A DNA stretch of 48,596 bases from an uncultured Gammaproteobacteria bacterium. GTDB taxonomy: Bacteria > Patescibacteriota > Microgenomatia > UBA1406. A program made the position numbers and the translations under genes. Positions 36,560 to 44,425 of the stretch are shown here, in pieces. The notes under the pieces are model-generated. The model was not told the origin of the DNA, did no database searches, and saw only the letters and a list, made by a program, of their open reading frames with translations. The stretch covers positions 1-48,596 of the forward strand of contig CAYHPU010000001.1 of the NCBI GenBank assembly GCA_964358525.1, written 5' to 3'. Every line of letters starts with the position of its first letter. The stretch's first letter is position 1.

Positions 36560-38017
36560 ATGTTCAAATTTATTTTAAGACTTTTTCCCCAACTGACAAA
36601 GGAAAAAGAAAATGTTTTAATTGAGGCACGTCAGAAAGCAAAAGAATTAATTTTTCAAGGACAGGAAGAAGTGGTGAAACTTCGTCATCGCGCAGAGGAA
36701 GACCTCTCAAATTTATCTCGGCAAGTCGCGTCACTTGAAAAACAAATCGCGAAAGAGGAAGGAAAGCTAGAACAAGAGCGTCGGGACTTGTCCCAACAAA
36801 AGAATCAATTAGACAAAACGCGCGAAGAGCTTGAACTCGAAAAAAAACAACTTGAAGCAAAAAAACAAGAACTTCTAAAAAAATTTGAAAAGCTTGCGCA
36901 ATTAACTCCAGATGAAGCACGAGCAAATCTTATGTCTTTTTGGGAACAAAAAATGAAGGCGGACATCGCAAAACAAATTCGAGAAACAGAAGCAGAAATA
37001 AAAAAAACCGCAGAAGACAAATCACGCGAGCTCTTGGTTGAAGCAATGCGTTATGGGGTAACGGACTATGTTGTTGAATACACCTTATCAACAATTTCTT
37101 TACCAAGCGATGAATTTAAAGGAAGAATTATTGGAAAAGAAGGCAGAAACATTCGCTCCTTTGAGTTAGCTACCGGCGTTGAGGTTGGGTTGGACGAAGA
37201 TGGTATTGTAAAGCTCTCGTCATTTGATCCTATTAAGCGTGAAATTGCACGCGTATCACTAGAGCGTCTCTTAAAAGACGGACGCATACAACCGTCCCGC
37301 ATAGAAGAGATAGTTGAAAAGACGCGATCGGAAATTCAAAAAATTATTTTTAAAGAAGGAGAAAAACTCTGCTACGACCTGGGTGTTTTCAACCTTCCCC
37401 AGGAGATTATCGAACTACTAGGTCGATTTAAATACCGTTTTTCCTATGGTCAAAATATGATCCAGCACACTATGGAAGAAACCCAAATCGGCGTAGCACT
37501 AGCACACGAACTCAAAGCAGATGTAAACGTGGTTCGTTTAGCCTGTTTGTTGCACGATATTGGAAAAGTCATTAACGAGAAAGACGGATCACATATTACG
37601 CTCGGTGTTGAACTCCTCAAGAAACATCGTTTTCCACAAAAAATTATAGATGCCGTTGCTTCACACCACGAAGATTCAGAATTTACTTCTCCCGAGGCGG
37701 TTATTGTATACTTGGCAGACGCTATTTCGGGTGGCAGACCGGGCGCGCGACGCGAGGACGTAACAAATTATATTACGCGTATGAAGGCAATTGAGGACTA
37801 TATTAAAGAAAAAGAGGGAGTACACGAAGTGTCAGTGCTTCAAGCGGGTCGCGAGATTCGGGTTATCATTAATCCGGTAAAACTAGATGACGATCAGACT
37901 ACTATTTTATGTTCAAAGTTAAAAGAAGAATTGGAAAAACAGTTTTCAGAAATTCCTGGACAAATAAAAATAACTGCCATCCGTGAGTTTAGGACTACCG
38001 CAACAACCCGTTCTTGA
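36560..38017 (+). CDS. rny: ribonuclease Y
   Basis: N-terminal coiled coil, KH domain GRIIGKEGRNIRSFE, HD domain LLHDIGK...HHE. Confidence 0.9.
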   Translation: MFKFILRLFPQLTKEKENVLIEARQKAKELIFQGQEEVVKLRHRAEEDLSNLSRQVASLEKQIAKEEGKLEQERRDLSQQKNQLDKTREELELEKKQLEAKKQELLKKFEKLAQLTPDEARANLMSFWEQKMKADIAKQIRETEAEIKKTAEDKSRELLVEAMRYGVTDYVVEYTLSTISLPSDEFKGRIIGKEGRNIRSFELATGVEVGLDEDGIVKLSSFDPIKREIARVSLERLLKDGRIQPSRIEEIVEKTRSEIQKIIFKEGEKLCYDLGVFNLPQEIIELLGRFKYRFSYGQNMIQHTMEETQIGVALAHELKADVNVVRLACLLHDIGKVINEKDGSHITLGVELLKKHRFPQKIIDAVASHHEDSEFTSPEAVIVYLADAISGGRPGARREDVTNYITRMKAIEDYIKEKEGVHEVSVLQAGREIRVIINPVKLDDDQTTILCSKLKEELEKQFSEIPGQIKITAIREFRTTATTRS

Positions 38018-38052
38018 TATAGATTGTTGTAATAAGATATTCTAAATATAGC

Positions 38053-38080
38053 TTGACAGAAAAACGCAAACTACTATAAT
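38053..38080 (+). promoter_or_regulatory. consensus sigma70 promoter of hup (TTGACA-N16-TATAAT)
   Basis: TTGACA 38053-38058, TATAAT 38075-38080. It is followed by a leader with an AGGGGA SD about 10 nt before ATG 38107. Confidence 0.65.
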
Positions 38081-38106
38081 GACGCAAGAAAGGGGATGAT
38101 AACACA

Positions 38107-38379
38107 ATGACCAAACAAGACTTAGTCGCACAGGTTGCTAAACAAGCAAATCTTTCTATGCGCGCTGCCAAACTGGCAACAGATACTGTTTTTTCCACAA
38201 TCGCTGACGCACTAAAACGTAACGAGAAAGTGGTAGTAACAGGTTTCGGTACCTTCGTCGTTCGCAAACGAGCAGCACGTAAGGGTCGTAATCCACAGAC
38301 CGGTGCTGAGATCCAAATTCCCGCAAGTAAAACACCTGGTTTTACCGCAGGAAAAAGCCTCAAGAGAATGGTTAAATAA
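38107..38379 (+). CDS. hup: HU family DNA-binding protein
   Basis: [12 protein letters not shown]...[25 protein letters not shown]. 90 aa. Confidence 0.95.
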   Translation: MTKQDLVAQVAKQANLSMRAAKLATDTVFSTIADALKRNEKVVVTGFGTFVVRKRAARKGRNPQTGAEIQIPASKTPGFTAGKSLKRMVK

Positions 38380-38438
38380 GACAGTTTTTTTGCAACCCTC
38401 GTCCCATCCTTATTTAGGAAAGAGGACAGGGACGGGGA

Positions 38439-38466
38439 TTGCATCCGGAAGTAGTTGTGCTATAAT
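38439..38466 (+). promoter_or_regulatory. sigma70 promoter of rpsA (TTGCAT-N16-TATAAT)
   Basis: TTGCAT 38439-38444, TATAAT 38461-38466. An AAGGAGA SD lies downstream. Confidence 0.55.
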
Positions 38467-38504
38467 GCTAGAATCTAAAAACGAAAAAGGAGAATTCATG
38501 ACAT

Positions 38505-39596
38505 ATGCCTTCAATAAAAAAAGTAACTGCTAAAGGTTCAACAACCGCCTCCTCAATGGAGGAGCTTCTTAAACAGGTTCAATCTCTTCCGAAAATAAAG
38601 AATGGTTCTATTATAGATGCCACTATTGCTACTATTTCCAAAAAAGAGGCTTTTTTTGATATTGGGTGGAAAACGAATGCAATCCTTATTTCTCCCGAGA
38701 CAAAAGAATTAACAACCTTTCTCCCTTATTTAAAGGCTGGACAAAAAGTTGTGGTTCGGGTAATTAACATAGAAGCAAAGGCTGGTTTTCCCGTTGTATC
38801 TATGCAAACATTTTTTGAAAAAGGCAAATGGGACATATTAAAAGAAAAATACGAAAAGGAAGAATTAATTGAAGTGCAAGTTGTTGGAAATGGAAAAGGA
38901 GGGCTATTTATTGAACTTATGGGAATTCGTGGAGTGATTCCAAAAATTCAGTTAACACAAAATTACATTAAACACCCAGAAGAATTATTTAATAAGCGCA
39001 TAAAAGTGCGTATTTTAGAGGTTGATCGTGATAAAAACAGACTCGTTGTTTCACAAAAAGCTGCGGAGCTCGGCATTACGCAATCAAAATTATTAAAATC
39101 ATTTGACGAAATTAAAGAGAACGAGCCAGTACTGTGTAAAGTAATTGGATTTTCGGACTTTGGTATTTTCTGCGAAGTTAATGGAGTTGAAGGGCTTATT
39201 CATATTTCAGAAATCTCATGGGAAAAAGTTGCCGATCCTCGTACGTACGCAAAAGAAGGGGATGAATTAAAGGCACTTGTTCTTCAAAAAAACACGCGTG
39301 ACTACAAATTAACCCTATCTCTCAAGAGACTACAAATAGATCCGTGGGAACAAATAGAAGAAAACTATCCAAAAGACAAAGAAGTAGAAGGAATGGTTAC
39401 GCGCAAAGAAGCGTATGGTTATTTTGTGGCGCTTGAATCGGGAATTGAAGGATTGGTGCATATTTCAAAAATTACACCCGATAGTAAAATTGAAGTCGGT
39501 AAAAAAATAATTGCCTATGTTGAGCGGGTGGATAAGAAACGCCGCAAAATGAGTCTTGTGCCTGTTGAACAAGCAAAGCCACTGATGTACCGCTAA
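38505..39596 (+). CDS. rpsA: 30S ribosomal protein S1 (four S1 domains)
   Basis: Repeated S1 OB-fold motifs (G.V..i...G.fv...G..GliH.Sei). 363 aa. Confidence 0.85.
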   Translation: MPSIKKVTAKGSTTASSMEELLKQVQSLPKIKNGSIIDATIATISKKEAFFDIGWKTNAILISPETKELTTFLPYLKAGQKVVVRVINIEAKAGFPVVSMQTFFEKGKWDILKEKYEKEELIEVQVVGNGKGGLFIELMGIRGVIPKIQLTQNYIKHPEELFNKRIKVRILEVDRDKNRLVVSQKAAELGITQSKLLKSFDEIKENEPVLCKVIGFSDFGIFCEVNGVEGLIHISEISWEKVADPRTYAKEGDELKALVLQKNTRDYKLTLSLKRLQIDPWEQIEENYPKDKEVEGMVTRKEAYGYFVALESGIEGLVHISKITPDSKIEVGKKIIAYVERVDKKRRKMSLVPVEQAKPLMYR

Positions 39597-39598
39597 TA

Positions 39599-39721
39599 AA
39601 TTCGAAGCACGAAATACGAAGCTCGAAATAAATAGGCACAAATTCGAAATTATAAATCTTCCTGCTTAATTATTAGAATTTATAATTTGTTTCGGATTTC
39701 GATATTCGGATTTTGGATTTC
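39599..39721. repeat. imperfect ~120-nt palindrome built from inverted heptad arrays
   Basis: Left arm CGAAGCA CGAAATA CGAAGCT CGAAATA (39602-39629). Centre: AT palindrome AAATTATAAAT/ATTTATAATTT (39647-39657 and 39678-39688). Right arm TTTCGGA TTTCGAT ATTCGGA TTTTGGA (39690-39717). Confidence 0.8.
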
Positions 39722-39733
39722 TCATAGGGGAGA

Positions 39734-39762
39734 TTGACAACATCCTCCTTTTTTATTACAGT
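39734..39762 (+). promoter_or_regulatory. promoter TTGACA-N17-TACAGT, 6 nt before the pilin ATG 39769
   Basis: TTGACA 39734-39739, TACAGT 39757-39762, then gtagtt and the ATG. No SD. Confidence 0.55.
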
Positions 39763-39768
39763 GTAGTT

Positions 39769-40065
39769 ATGTTTGTGCTACTTGCAGAAGTTGATTTGGG
39801 ACAAAGTTTTGCGCCTGCCCAGAAATTTAATTCAGTTGGGGCAATGGTGAATGTACTTAGTAAAGCTATTGCCTTTGGGGGTGGGGTTATTATTGTTGCG
39901 AGCATCGTATTTGCTGCTTATAAATATATTACAGCAAACGGAGAAGCAAAAAGTATAGAAGAGGCGCAAGGCGCGTTTGTTAACGCAATGATTGGTATGC
40001 TTATTATTGTCACCGCCTATTGGTTAACACAAATCCTTGCAAAATTTTTAGGAGTACAATTTTAA
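39769..40065 (+). CDS. TrbC/VirB2-like pilin-like small membrane protein
   Basis: 98 aa. ...VIIVASIVFAAYKYITANGEAKSIEEAQGAFVNAMIGMLIIV... Confidence 0.65.
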   Translation: MFVLLAEVDLGQSFAPAQKFNSVGAMVNVLSKAIAFGGGVIIVASIVFAAYKYITANGEAKSIEEAQGAFVNAMIGMLIIVTAYWLTQILAKFLGVQF

Positions 40066-40068
40066 TAT

Positions 40069-40452
40069 ATGGTGAATTTATTTTTGGCCGATGCAACTGA
40101 TCCATTAGGACTGCGAGATATTCAACCACCTGTCGGAAGCAGTAATGTAAACGATCCAAACAGTGGTCTCGTTATGTTTATCAATCGTGGATTTACGCTC
40201 CTTTTTATGGGATTTGGTTTGTATGTTTTGGTGAATTTTATACGCGCGGCATTTTGGTTTATAGGTGCTCAGGGCGACCCGAAAAATATAGAAAAGGCAA
40301 AAAGTACATTAACACAAAGTGCAATTGGACTTATTTTAATATTGTTAGTTTTTGTAGTTGGCGGAGTTATCGGCCAAGTATTTTTTGGCAATTGGAATTT
40401 TTTACTTGATCCGATAAAATCGCTAGAACAACAAGGAGTTTTACAGCAATGA
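40069..40452 (+). CDS. TrbC/VirB2-like pilin-like small membrane protein
   Basis: 127 aa. ...FIRAAFWFIGAQGDPKNIEKAKSTLTQSAIGLILILL... Confidence 0.65.
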   Translation: MVNLFLADATDPLGLRDIQPPVGSSNVNDPNSGLVMFINRGFTLLFMGFGLYVLVNFIRAAFWFIGAQGDPKNIEKAKSTLTQSAIGLILILLVFVVGGVIGQVFFGNWNFLLDPIKSLEQQGVLQQ

Positions 40453-40814
40453 ATACATTATTGCTAGCACAAAAAATAGGTGCGGGAGTTTTAGGTGGAG
40501 ATAGAAATCTCAACACACAGGCATCTATAGGGATTGTCTTTAATCAACTCTTTACCTATGCACTTATTGCGGGTGCGTTTCTTGTTTTTTACCACCTCGT
40601 TATGGGGGCACTTGAATGGATTCAGTCTGCAGGAGAAAAAGAAAAAGTTGAAAAAGCCCGCAAACGTATGACAAACGCCGCAGTGGGACTAGTCATTCTC
40701 ATGTGTGTATGGACGGTATTTTTTGTTCTGACAAGCGACGTATTGGGCATATTTCAAAGAAACGAAACAACCGGAGCTATAGAGTTCAAACTTCCCTCAT
40801 TATTTGGTAACTGA
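40449..40814 (+). CDS. TrbC/VirB2-like pilin-like small membrane protein
   Basis: 121 aa. FLVFYHLVMGALEWIQSAGEKEKVEKARKRMTNAAVGLVI. Its start overlaps the previous stop (ATGA). Confidence 0.7.
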   Translation: MNTLLLAQKIGAGVLGGDRNLNTQASIGIVFNQLFTYALIAGAFLVFYHLVMGALEWIQSAGEKEKVEKARKRMTNAAVGLVILMCVWTVFFVLTSDVLGIFQRNETTGAIEFKLPSLFGN

Positions 40815-41765
40815 TTGAATATTCTCTAACGTTTTTGTATTAATCTCAAGAAGTGCTTCTTTACTATTAAATGCGTTATGGGGAGTAATAATGACATTGG
40901 GAAATTCCAGCAAAACATGATCGAGCAATAGCGTTTTGACAGAGGAAAGCTCAATATATTCACGTGACAACAAGTGTCTTTCGTCTTTGATAGTTTGTTC
41001 TTCTTCAAGTACATCGAGCGCCACTCCTGCGAGTATCTTATTTTGGAGAAGTTGAACAAGAGCCTCTGTTTCAATTATTCCACCGCGTGCGGTATTAATG
41101 AGATATGCTCCTTTTTTGATGTGCCCCATATTCTCGCGGTTAATCAAATGCATTGTATCCGAAGTAAGTGGGGTATGAATAGTAATAATGTCTGACTGTT
41201 CGAGGAGATCAATAAGTGAAACTAGTGTTACACTTGGCAGATCTTTAGGGGACCGATTAAAACCAATAACTTTCATGTGAAAAGCATTCCCAATTTCTGC
41301 AACGCGGCACCCAATATTTCCCAGCCCAATTACTCCAAGTGTTTTTCCCGCGAGGTCAAAACCAGTGAGTTCCTCACATGAAAAATTGCTGTGCCTGGTT
41401 CGCTCAACAGAGGGAATGATATTTCGTGAAAGTGCCAAGATAAGGGCAAATGTATGCTCTGCAACAGTATTTATCCCATAGTGGGGAACATTTAATACAA
41501 AAATGTTCTTCTGTTGCAACGCAGATACATCTATGTGATCGGTGCCCGTTGATCGGGTAACAACAGTCTTGAGTTTTACGGCGCCAGAGATAACGTCTGC
41601 CGTTACCCTCGAGCCAATAAAGACGGTTACAATATCTGCGTCGATTATTAAGTCTTTATTTGTAGAACTAAGTGCGTCAGGATAGAACACAAGGTCGTGT
41701 GAAGAAAGTTCTTTTGAAAAAAATTCTTTTTCATACGGTTCTACTTCGAAAAATAGTATCTTCAT
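40800..41765 (-). CDS. D-isomer-specific 2-hydroxyacid dehydrogenase (NAD-binding)
   Basis: GKTLGVIGLGNIGCRVAEI, catalytic-region ...NTARGGII...ALDVLEEE...ITPHNAF. Confidence 0.85.
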   Translation of the reverse strand: MKILFFEVEPYEKEFFSKELSSHDLVFYPDALSSTNKDLIIDADIVTVFIGSRVTADVISGAVKLKTVVTRSTGTDHIDVSALQQKNIFVLNVPHYGINTVAEHTFALILALSRNIIPSVERTRHSNFSCEELTGFDLAGKTLGVIGLGNIGCRVAEIGNAFHMKVIGFNRSPKDLPSVTLVSLIDLLEQSDIITIHTPLTSDTMHLINRENMGHIKKGAYLINTARGGIIETEALVQLLQNKILAGVALDVLEEEQTIKDERHLLSREYIELSSVKTLLLDHVLLEFPNVIITPHNAFNSKEALLEINTKTLENIQSVTK

Positions 41766-41772
41766 TATTCTC

Positions 41773-41787
41773 AGTATAGCGTAGAAT
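41773..41787. promoter_or_regulatory. back-to-back -10 boxes in a 29-nt divergent intergenic region
   Basis: Minus TATACT (41778-41773) lies 7 nt before ATG 41765. Plus TAGAAT (41782-41787) lies 7 nt before ATG 41795. Confidence 0.5.
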
Positions 41788-41794
41788 TTATTTT

Positions 41795-42859
41795 ATGCTC
41801 GGTTTTTCTCTTTTTCCAGGAATAGGTCCTATGTATTTTCAACGTTTAGTGAACGTTTTCAAATCGTCAGAGAGGGCATATTATGCTCCTGAACAAAAAC
41901 TTCGTGAAGTTCTTCCCACGGGTTTGCTTAATAATTTTCTCTCGTTTCGATCCCGTACAGATTTAGAAAAAGAAAAACAGATTCTGGTAAAAAAGGGAAT
42001 TGGATATGTTTCAGTTGAGGAAGATAGATATCCAACGGCACTCAAAAATATTTCAGACCCACCAATTGGGCTTTTTTATAAGGGGCAATGGGATAGAATA
42101 GGGTGGAACATTAATCTGTTTTGTGCTGTCGTGGGGACGCGAAAGCCAACGTTTTACGGACGGTCAATAACGAGTAAAATAGTAAGAGCACTTGTCCAAA
42201 AGGGAGTCACAATAGCCTCAGGACTGGCTCTTGGTATAGATGCGTGCGCCCATTCTGAAGTGCTGTCAAACAATGGGACAACGGTCGCTGTTCTTGGATG
42301 TGGTGTTGATATCAAATATCCGCGAGAGAATGCACAATTGTACGATTTGATCGAGAAAAATGGAGTTATTATTTCAGAATTTCCCCCGAGTCACACCGTT
42401 TTAAAAGGTTTATTTGTTGCGCGTAACAGAATCATCTCGGGTCTTTCAAAAACAATAGTGGTTATCGAAGGAAGTTCTCATTCGGGTTCACTTATCACTG
42501 CCCGTTACGCCGCAGAGCAAGGACGAAGCGTGTGTGCGGTTCCTGGTGAAATTGGGAACGAACAAGCCGAGGGACCGCTTATTTTAATAAAAGAAGGCGC
42601 CCGTTTAGTAACTAAAATCGAAGACGTGCTCGAAGAATTAAATGTGTCAACCACTATCCAAATGATACCAGAGAGAGTACCAGAATCTGTTTTTCAAAGA
42701 GAAACAGTAGAGCTACTCAAAAAAAATCCACAAACCACCGATGGACTGTGTGTTGCATTGAAGAAAGACGTTATTATTATTGGAAAGGAACTTTCATTTT
42801 TGGAGCTCGGGGGATATATAATTAAGGATGAAGTAGGGTTGTGGCACATCAGGAATTAG
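41795..42859 (+). CDS. dprA: DNA processing protein DprA (Smf)
   Basis: VVGTRKPTFYGRSITSKIV..L...GVTIASGLALGIDACAH and the Rossmann-like DprA core. 354 aa. Confidence 0.9.
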   Translation: MLGFSLFPGIGPMYFQRLVNVFKSSERAYYAPEQKLREVLPTGLLNNFLSFRSRTDLEKEKQILVKKGIGYVSVEEDRYPTALKNISDPPIGLFYKGQWDRIGWNINLFCAVVGTRKPTFYGRSITSKIVRALVQKGVTIASGLALGIDACAHSEVLSNNGTTVAVLGCGVDIKYPRENAQLYDLIEKNGVIISEFPPSHTVLKGLFVARNRIISGLSKTIVVIEGSSHSGSLITARYAAEQGRSVCAVPGEIGNEQAEGPLILIKEGARLVTKIEDVLEELNVSTTIQMIPERVPESVFQRETVELLKKNPQTTDGLCVALKKDVIIIGKELSFLELGGYIIKDEVGLWHIRN

Positions 42860-42903
42860 GTAAAGGTTAGGGTTAGGCAGTTGGTCCCCTTACCCAACTA
42901 CCA
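42859..42903 (+). repeat. TTAGGG-like G-rich dispersed repeat, copy B (G-rich on plus strand) with an internal hairpin
   Basis: GGTAAAGGTTAGGGTTAGGCAGTTGGTccccttACCCAACTACC. It fills the dprA-miaA spacer. Confidence 0.8.
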
Positions 42904-42908
42904 AAGAC

Positions 42909-43841
42909 ATGAAACAATTAATAGTAATAACAGGCCAGACAGCAACGGGGAAAACAGAGCTTGCAACCAGTATTGCCAAAGAGGTGCACGGGGAACTTAT
43001 ATCCGCCGACTCACGGCAAGCGTATAAAAATCTTGATATCATCACGGGGAAAGATTTGTTGAGTACTTCTAAATTTGTGCTGAACGAAGAAATAAATAGT
43101 AAATATTCAATTGGATATTATGAAAACTATAAAACTAAAACATGGTTGTACGATATTATTAATCCGCGGGTTGTTTTTTCAGCAGGTGAGTGGGCGCTCT
43201 GTGCACGCGAAGCTATTAGAAAGATAGAAGAGAATAGTAAAATCCCAATTATTGTTGGTGGATCCTATTTTTATATTCGAACTTTACTCTATGGACTTTC
43301 TGTTCCACGTACTGAACCAGATTGGAATTTACGCGTTTCCCTCGAAGAGAAATCGGTATCAGATCTTCAGGATAAATTAAATAAGTTACAACCACATATA
43401 GTCGAGACTATGAATAATTCAGACCAGAACAATAAGCGACGCCTCATACGTCGCATAGAAATCCTATCAAATCAAACAAAACAGGAGTTGACGACAGCAA
43501 AAGGAATAGCACAAGATTACGACGTTACTCTTATTGGTTTACGGTATAACAAGAAGGAAAATCTGGAAAGAGCCATTCGAACTCGTGTCGAAAAAAGAAT
43601 GGAAGAAGGTGCGCTCTCTGAAATTGAGACACTGCTCCGTATGGGTTATTCATCCACAGATCCAGGGCTTCAAACAATTGGCTACGCGCAACTTTTACAT
43701 CATATTGAAAGTGACATAGATTTATACGCATCTATTGAAATATGGGTAGTTAAAGAACGCCAGTATGCAAAGCGCCAAATGACTTTTATGACCAAAAACA
43801 GTTCTATCCTGTGGTATAATGTAGATCCTACTAATAAATAA
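42909..43841 (+). CDS. miaA: tRNA dimethylallyltransferase
   Basis: P-loop ITGQTATGKTELA, ISADSRQAYKNLDIITGK. Confidence 0.9.
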   Translation: MKQLIVITGQTATGKTELATSIAKEVHGELISADSRQAYKNLDIITGKDLLSTSKFVLNEEINSKYSIGYYENYKTKTWLYDIINPRVVFSAGEWALCAREAIRKIEENSKIPIIVGGSYFYIRTLLYGLSVPRTEPDWNLRVSLEEKSVSDLQDKLNKLQPHIVETMNNSDQNNKRRLIRRIEILSNQTKQELTTAKGIAQDYDVTLIGLRYNKKENLERAIRTRVEKRMEEGALSEIETLLRMGYSSTDPGLQTIGYAQLLHHIESDIDLYASIEIWVVKERQYAKRQMTFMTKNSSILWYNVDPTNK

Positions 43842-43843
43842 CC

Positions 43844-44425
43844 ATGCCATCAACAATTGGAGAAAATTTTGAAGAGAAAATACAGCTGATACTTCGTCGG
43901 TATAAAATCGTTCCTCTACTTGTTTTTATATTTATGTTTCTCTTTGCAACGCTTTTTGTGAAGGATTTAAGTAAGTTCTCTGTTCTTGCGGTCGAAGAGT
44001 ATGAGTTACCCTATCCGGGAATCCTACCAAACCATCCGCTTTATCTACTAAAAGCGGGGAGAGATATGGTGCTTGAAATGTTCACAAGAACCCCCGTTCG
44101 TAAAGCAGAGCTTTACCTACTTTTTGCCGATAAACGCATTAATATGGCACGTTATATTGGAAATTCAGACTGGAGTTTGTCCGAACGAACAGCCTCAAAG
44201 GCGGAGAAATATTTAATTAAATCATGGGGGGCGGCAAAAAATGGAACAAAAATGGGGACAAACCCCGACGTTTCATATACAAAACGTGCGCGCCAGTCTG
44301 CAAAAGCCCACCGTGCTATTCTTCTTAGTCTCCAAAAACACTGCCCGCCACAGTATAAACAAAAATTTAAAGCAACACTAGAACTCAACTCTTCTTTTTC
44401 AAAATGGGTATCGACCCTAGAGTAA
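43844..44425 (+). CDS. DUF5667-like membrane-anchored protein
   Basis: N-terminal TM, then LPYPGILPNHPLYLLKAGRDMVLEMFT...KAELYLLFADKRINMA. Confidence 0.7.
   Translation: MPSTIGENFEEKIQLILRRYKIVPLLVFIFMFLFATLFVKDLSKFSVLAVEEYELPYPGILPNHPLYLLKAGRDMVLEMFTRTPVRKAELYLLFADKRINMARYIGNSDWSLSERTASKAEKYLIKSWGAAKNGTKMGTNPDVSYTKRARQSAKAHRAILLSLQKHCPPQYKQKFKATLELNSSFSKWVSTLE

Noticed and set aside
37995-38444. 149-aa minus-strand ORF
   Set aside because: It is antisense to the unmistakable HU gene and its consensus promoter, and it has no recognisable features.
38498-38533. 11-codon mini-ORF (MTYAFNKKSNC) whose ATG is better spaced from the AAGGAGA SD than the rpsA ATG at 38505
   Set aside because: It could be a regulatory upstream ORF overlapping the rpsA start. 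A single short ORF without comparative data is not enough evidence, so I recorded it only as a possibility.
39599-39721. Mini CRISPR array or tRNA/ncRNA gene
   Set aside because: The repeats are 7 nt with no spacers of CRISPR size. No cloverleaf or known ncRNA signature is recognisable.
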